DNA of 11,588 nt from an uncultured bacterium (GTDB lineage: Bacteria > Macinerneyibacteriota > Macinerneyibacteria > Macinerneyibacteriales > DSCS01): assembly GCA_964548195.1 (NCBI GenBank), contig CAZJQC010000035.1:1-11588 (forward strand), written 5' to 3'. Positions 7,136 through 11,588 of this stretch are shown piece after piece; position 1 is the first letter of the stretch; each line of letters opens with the position of its first letter. The position numbers and the translations under genes are program-made. The notes under the pieces were generated by a model, which searched no databases, was not told the DNA's origin, and saw nothing but the letters and a program-made list of their open reading frames with translations.

Positions 7136-9783
7136 ACTTCATAGACAAGATCGCCGGAAAGATGATCGAATCGGGGCATAATCCGGGAGACTTCACCATA
7201 GTGTTTCCCTCCAAACGGGCCGGGGTGTTTTTAAGGAAAAGGCTCACTGACGACCCTCGTGTGAAAAAACCTTTCTGGGCGCCGGAGATACTTACCATGG
7301 GCGACCTTGTCAGCCGCATGTCGGGCGGGGTCCTTCTCGACGGGACATCGCTTACCATGATGCTTTACGGGGCATATGCCGATGTGTACGGGAAAGACGC
7401 GCTCACCTTCGACAAGTTTTATGCCTGGGCCAGGGTGATCATATCGGATTTTAACGATATGGACCAGAACCTGGTGGATGAGAAGACGCTGTTCAGGCAT
7501 CTTTCCGAGCATGTCGAGGCAGACCCCGACAGGGACGTGGTGACGGGTTTCCGCTCCTTTGCCGGAAATTACGGAAGACTGTACGAGGAGTTCAATAAAA
7601 GGCTGGCCGCGGAGGACGCAGGCTATTACGGCGCGCTGGTGAAAAGGGCCTGCGCGGAAAAGAGACATTACGCGGATACAAACGGCCGCATGATCATCGC
7701 GGGTTTCAATGCATTAAGCCGCGGCGAGACGGAGATATTCAGATACCTTGAGGAGAGTTCGGGCGCGGAGATACTCTGGGACGCAGACCGCTACTTCATC
7801 GACAATAAAGACCATGAGGCCGGGACGTTCTTCAGGGAGTATGGGAGCATCCCCGAAGGATGCGATGACATACTTGCAAAGGATGCGAAGAAGATAAAGG
7901 TAATGGGTGTGGCCGGCGCGGCGGGACAGGCAAAGGCCGCGTCGCATTTTCTTAAGGAGCTTGTGGAAAGCGGGGAGAAAGTCGATGAGGGCGACACGGC
8001 TGTGGTGCTTTGCGACGAACAGATGCTCTTTCCCGTGATAAATTCCATACCCGACGGGATCAGCGGCCTTAATGTCACCATGGGGTATCCGCTGCTTCAC
8101 ACGCCGGTACAGACCCTGGTCTCGGCGCTGCTGCGGCTGTGGCAGGGTAATAAAAGCGACATGGTATATGTAAGGGACCTTGAGCGCGTACTGGACCATC
8201 CGTATATGCGTGGTTGTTACGGCGCCATGGATACCGCTGTTCGCGAAAAGGCCTCGGAAGAGCCTTTCCTGCCCGCGGACAGACTGGATTTTGTGCCTGA
8301 GACGCTGAGAATGGCATTGGCCGACGTGAAGACGGGCCGTGATTTCACGGGTTTTATATTGAGACTCTTCAGGGAGACGGGAAACGCCATGGAACCCGAG
8401 GCGCTGGGACGTGAGTTTTTAAAAGCCTTTATAGATGAGGCGGAACTTTTTCTCGCCGCATTGGACAGCTACGGCATAGACACGGACCTGCAGACCGTCA
8501 GAAAGCTTTTTAAAGAGATACTGTCGACAAAGAGCGTCCCCTTTACGGGGGAGCCCCTTAAAGGGCTGCAGGTCATGGGCATGCTGGAGACCAGGGCGCT
8601 GGGATTCAGGAACGTGATACTTCTCGGTGTGAATGAGAAGGTCTTTCCCAAAGGCAAGGGTGAGAACAGCATCATTCCCTATGAATTGAAAAAGTCGCTC
8701 GGCATGACCACGTATGAAAAAAAGGACGCCATATTCTCATATTACTATTACAGGCTGCTCAAGTACGGCAAAAACATACTGATCTGCTACAACACGGAAA
8801 AGGACGCTTTTGGAAAAGGGGAGAGAAGCAGGTTTATAGAACAGACGCTGCGTGAATGGGGACCGGCCAATCCGTCTCTTGAGATAAGCCGGGAGAGCTG
8901 CGCCTTCGGGACGTCAAACAGGGGTTTCAGTATCGTAGAGATACCCAAGACCGACAGCATCATCGAACGGATGGAAGGGATAAGATGGTCGCCAACCGTA
9001 TTGAACGGCTATCTTTATTGCCCCGTCAGGTTTTATTTCTCACATCTTATGCGGCTGAAGAAGAAGGAAAGACAGGACGAGGTGACGGACGCGGGACTGT
9101 TCGGCACGGTCGTCCATGAAGCGCTTGAGCGTTTATACGCGCCGTATGCGGGGAATATAGTCGATGAGGCCGCCGTGTCGGGCCTTTTGGCGACGGCTGC
9201 AAAGACAGTGGATGAGACGTACCGGAAAAACATGTCTGCCGCGGATTATGACAAAGGACGGCATCTGGTGAACCGCAGGATCATCGCAAAACTCATAGCG
9301 GAGTTTTTACGTATTGACATGGAAGACGCGCCGTTCAGGATCATAAGCCTTGAGAAGAAGTATACGACGCAGTTCAGGGCGGCCGGCAGGGATCTTACGC
9401 TGTACGGCTATATTGACCGTGTGGATGAAAAGGACGGGGTGACAAGGATACTGGACTACAAGACAGGCAATATCAAAAGCCTTGCCGTGAACAAGATCGA
9501 GCCGGGTGATTTTATGGCATTTAAGGAGAAAAAGGAAGCTTTGCAATTGCTATGTTATCAGGTCATGTCCGGGGAGAAAAACCCGCGCCTGGGGATCATC
9601 TCTTTCAGAAAACTCAATGACGGCATCAAATATCTTGACGGCGATGAAAGCACTCTTGAACTGGGAACAAAGACACTGGAGGCGCTTTTTGCGGACATAT
9701 TTGACAGGGAGATGCCGTTAAGACAGATAGACGATGAATCAAAATGCGGATTGTGTGATTTTAAAGACCTCTGCGGTCGTTAG
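7132..9783 (+). CDS. addB: AddB-like inactive helicase with PD-(D/E)XK nuclease and four-Cys Fe-S staple
   Basis: 883 aa, ATGA overlap with addA. No Walker A, and degenerate helicase segments (VFPSKRAG, GLQVMGMLETRAL, SRFIEQ). Nuclease motifs GTVVH, GYIDRVD, DYKTG and QxxxY. Cys630 (YLYCP) plus C872, C875 and C881 match the AddB [4Fe-4S] staple arrangement. Confidence 0.92.
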   Translation: MNFIDKIAGKMIESGHNPGDFTIVFPSKRAGVFLRKRLTDDPRVKKPFWAPEILTMGDLVSRMSGGVLLDGTSLTMMLYGAYADVYGKDALTFDKFYAWARVIISDFNDMDQNLVDEKTLFRHLSEHVEADPDRDVVTGFRSFAGNYGRLYEEFNKRLAAEDAGYYGALVKRACAEKRHYADTNGRMIIAGFNALSRGETEIFRYLEESSGAEILWDADRYFIDNKDHEAGTFFREYGSIPEGCDDILAKDAKKIKVMGVAGAAGQAKAASHFLKELVESGEKVDEGDTAVVLCDEQMLFPVINSIPDGISGLNVTMGYPLLHTPVQTLVSALLRLWQGNKSDMVYVRDLERVLDHPYMRGCYGAMDTAVREKASEEPFLPADRLDFVPETLRMALADVKTGRDFTGFILRLFRETGNAMEPEALGREFLKAFIDEAELFLAALDSYGIDTDLQTVRKLFKEILSTKSVPFTGEPLKGLQVMGMLETRALGFRNVILLGVNEKVFPKGKGENSIIPYELKKSLGMTTYEKKDAIFSYYYYRLLKYGKNILICYNTEKDAFGKGERSRFIEQTLREWGPANPSLEISRESCAFGTSNRGFSIVEIPKTDSIIERMEGIRWSPTVLNGYLYCPVRFYFSHLMRLKKKERQDEVTDAGLFGTVVHEALERLYAPYAGNIVDEAAVSGLLATAAKTVDETYRKNMSAADYDKGRHLVNRRIIAKLIAEFLRIDMEDAPFRIISLEKKYTTQFRAAGRDLTLYGYIDRVDEKDGVTRILDYKTGNIKSLAVNKIEPGDFMAFKEKKEALQLLCYQVMSGEKNPRLGIISFRKLNDGIKYLDGDESTLELGTKTLEALFADIFDREMPLRQIDDESKCGLCDFKDLCGR

Positions 9784-9791
9784 GAGGAGTC

Positions 9792-10763
9792 ATGAAAAGA
9801 TTTTTATGGATATTGATCATGGGCGCACTGCTTTTTGCAGCATGCGGCAGGAAGGCAGCGGTAAAGACAGTGAAGGAAACGGGTTTTATAAAGCTGGAGA
9901 AAATATCTCCCGCAGGGGCTTTTGAGACTGCTGAAGGCCTGCTGCTAATGGACTGGACGGAAGGCAGGCTTCTTCACCTTTCTTTTGACGGTGATATCCT
10001 CAGCGAGTACGCCGAGGAAGGTTCAGGGCCCGGGGAATTTAACAACGGCAGAGCTATTTTCCTGGGCGGGACAGCTGAAAATTTTTTTGTTGCCGCTATC
10101 GACAGAAACGCAGTACTGCAGTTTGCCCTGAAAGAGGGAAAGATCACATATGTGGATGAGTTCAATGTGGATATTGGAACGGTCCGCGGCGGGGCAGTGG
10201 ATGACCGGGGCAGGATCATCGCCCTGGTAAGTGAAGCGCCTTATGAAGTGGCGGTATTTAACGCAAAAGGAGAATTACAGGAGACATATATCGAGACAGA
10301 TGAGGAGTCGAGGGAGATCTCACCTGAAAACCTTATCGCTTCCATGCGCTGGGTATTCATGAGAGGCGACATGCTTATAGTCACGGAATATATGACATAT
10401 ACTATGTATTTTTACCGTACAAAAGAGGGCAAAGCGGAACTTGTAAAGAGCAGGAAGCCCGAGGTCGTCCTTGCTGAGGATAATTATCAGCTGAGTACCA
10501 ATGGTAATTCCATCAGCCTTTCCGGTGTACCCGGTTTTCTCGGCGGCATCTTTGACGGCGAGGAGCTCCATCTGGTGCTTTTTAACAATGGCGAAGGCGG
10601 AATGGAAGTCTACCAGGTGTATGACGCGGATGGCGGTTTTAACGGTTACATACATACTGAGGACCCTGAACTGAAGATCAACGGGCTTCTCTGCAGGACG
10701 AGCCGCGGCATAGCCGCCATCACTTCCAAAGGTGAAGAAGCGCGGATATCTTTTCTTAGATAA
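9792..10763 (+). CDS. Putative lipoprotein, 6-bladed beta-propeller-like, function unknown
   Basis: 323 aa. Signal peptide MKR + hydrophobic core + LFAA-C18 lipobox. GSGPGEF motif and repeated D/N..G blade turns (SFDG, DDRG, NAKG, DADG). SD AGGAGG overlaps the addB stop, with an 8-nt gap between genes. Confidence 0.8.
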   Translation: MKRFLWILIMGALLFAACGRKAAVKTVKETGFIKLEKISPAGAFETAEGLLLMDWTEGRLLHLSFDGDILSEYAEEGSGPGEFNNGRAIFLGGTAENFFVAAIDRNAVLQFALKEGKITYVDEFNVDIGTVRGGAVDDRGRIIALVSEAPYEVAVFNAKGELQETYIETDEESREISPENLIASMRWVFMRGDMLIVTEYMTYTMYFYRTKEGKAELVKSRKPEVVLAEDNYQLSTNGNSISLSGVPGFLGGIFDGEELHLVLFNNGEGGMEVYQVYDADGGFNGYIHTEDPELKINGLLCRTSRGIAAITSKGEEARISFLR

Positions 10764-10788
10764 ATATAAGAAAAGTGCTAACAATTGC

Positions 10789-10817
10789 TTGACATCGTCA
10801 GTATAGAACATTATTAT
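10789..10817 (+). promoter_or_regulatory. sigma70-type promoter for the Fe-S protein gene
   Basis: TTGACA (10789-10794), 17 nt, TATTAT (10812-10817). An A-rich tract lies upstream and SD AAGGAGGT is at 10845-10852. Confidence 0.75.
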
Positions 10818-10857
10818 ATCTCCGTAAGTTAGTGGATGCTAACCAAGGAGGTTTAAT

Positions 10858-11588
10858 ATGAAGCGAAAGATGATAGAGATAGACAGGGAGCTTTGCAACG
10901 GATGCGGCGAGTGTGTCATCGGATGCCCCGAAGGGGCGCTGCAGGTGATAGACGGCAAGGCGGCCGTGGTGAACGAGCGTTTTTGTGACGGGTTGGGCGC
11001 ATGCATAGGCGACTGCCCTTTGGGGGCGCTCAGGATCGTCGAAAAGGAAGCCGAGGAATATTCCGAGCGTGAAGTGGCCGCCCGCATGGCGGAGATGGGG
11101 GGGAATGTGCTTCAGGCGCATATGAAGCATCTGAAGGACCATGGCGAGTCCGAACTTTTGAAAGAGGCCGAAGCGTATCTTAAAGAAAAAGGTATTGCAT
11201 ATCAAAGCGGTGAGGCCGTGCCTTTTACATGTCCGGGAACTGCCATGAAGACTATTGAGGCTCCCGTGGCGGCGCATGCTTCAGAGCTTACGCAGTGGCC
11301 CGTGCAGATGAGCCTGATAAACCCGTCCGCGCCTTATTTTCAGAACGCCGACCTGCTTATATCCGCGGACTGCGTGCCGTACGCGGTGCATGATTTTCAT
11401 TCAAGGTATCTCAAGGGAAAAAAGGTAATAACGTTCTGCCCCAAGCTTGACGGCAGTACCGCCGAATATGTCGACAAACTCACGGAGCTGTTCAAACGCA
11501 ATGACATACGCACGGTCTCCGTTTTGCGCATGGAAGTGCCCTGCTGCGGCGGCACCACCATGATCGTCCAGGAAGCCCTCAAGCGCGC
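10858..11588 (+). CDS. 4Fe-4S dicluster-domain iron-sulfur protein with Cys-rich C-terminal domain (3'-truncated by the window)
   Basis: Manual translation from ATG 10858 is open to the edge (243 codons): MKRKMIEIDRELCNGCGECVIGCPEGAL..CDGLGACIGDCPLGAL..FTCPG..QWPVQ..APYF..ADLLISADC..FCPKLD..MEVPCCGG. Strong SD. Not in the supplied ORF track. Confidence 0.92.
   Translation, partial: MKRKMIEIDRELCNGCGECVIGCPEGALQVIDGKAAVVNERFCDGLGACIGDCPLGALRIVEKEAEEYSEREVAARMAEMGGNVLQAHMKHLKDHGESELLKEAEAYLKEKGIAYQSGEAVPFTCPGTAMKTIEAPVAAHASELTQWPVQMSLINPSAPYFQNADLLISADCVPYAVHDFHSRYLKGKKVITFCPKLDGSTAEYVDKLTELFKRNDIRTVSVLRMEVPCCGGTTMIVQEALKR

Noticed and set aside
9000..9783. Cas4-like Fe-S nuclease, or helicase-plus-nuclease pair as a defence system
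   Set aside because: The domain is the normal C-terminus of AddB. There is no CRISPR array, cas gene or defence-island context.
10755..10781. AAGTGCTAA resembling the right half of a CIRCE element
   Set aside because: The left half (TTAGCACTC at N9 spacing) is missing. Only TTAG is present, at the wrong spacing.
13..11582. About 35 short ORFs from the six-frame track overlapping the seven main genes
   Set aside because: They are antisense or out-of-frame shadows of well-supported CDSs, with no recognisable motifs.

Overview
Ordinary chromosomal housekeeping region from an unidentified, probably anaerobic bacterium that uses strong Shine-Dalgarno sites and TTGACA-type promoters. Leftward block (- strand): TauE/SafE (TSUP) membrane protein, then pmbA/tldE, then tldD (runs off the left edge and is missing from the ORF track). 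A 422-bp AT-rich divergent spacer follows (about 36% GC by hand count over 3661-4020). Rightward block (+ strand): addA-like helicase-nuclease, addB-like nuclease with an Fe-S staple, and a beta-propeller lipoprotein, all tightly coupled. A separately promoted 4Fe-4S dicluster protein runs off the right edge and is also missing from the ORF track. I see no mobile element, CRISPR array, tRNA/rRNA or recognisable defence system, and I cannot support a new multi-gene system from the proteins alone. The best unexplained signal is non-coding: a ~142-nt rod-like imperfect palindrome (3744-3885) whose mismatches are mostly G-U-compatible on the + strand, a candidate structured ncRNA. Palindromic operator candidates lie at three promoters.
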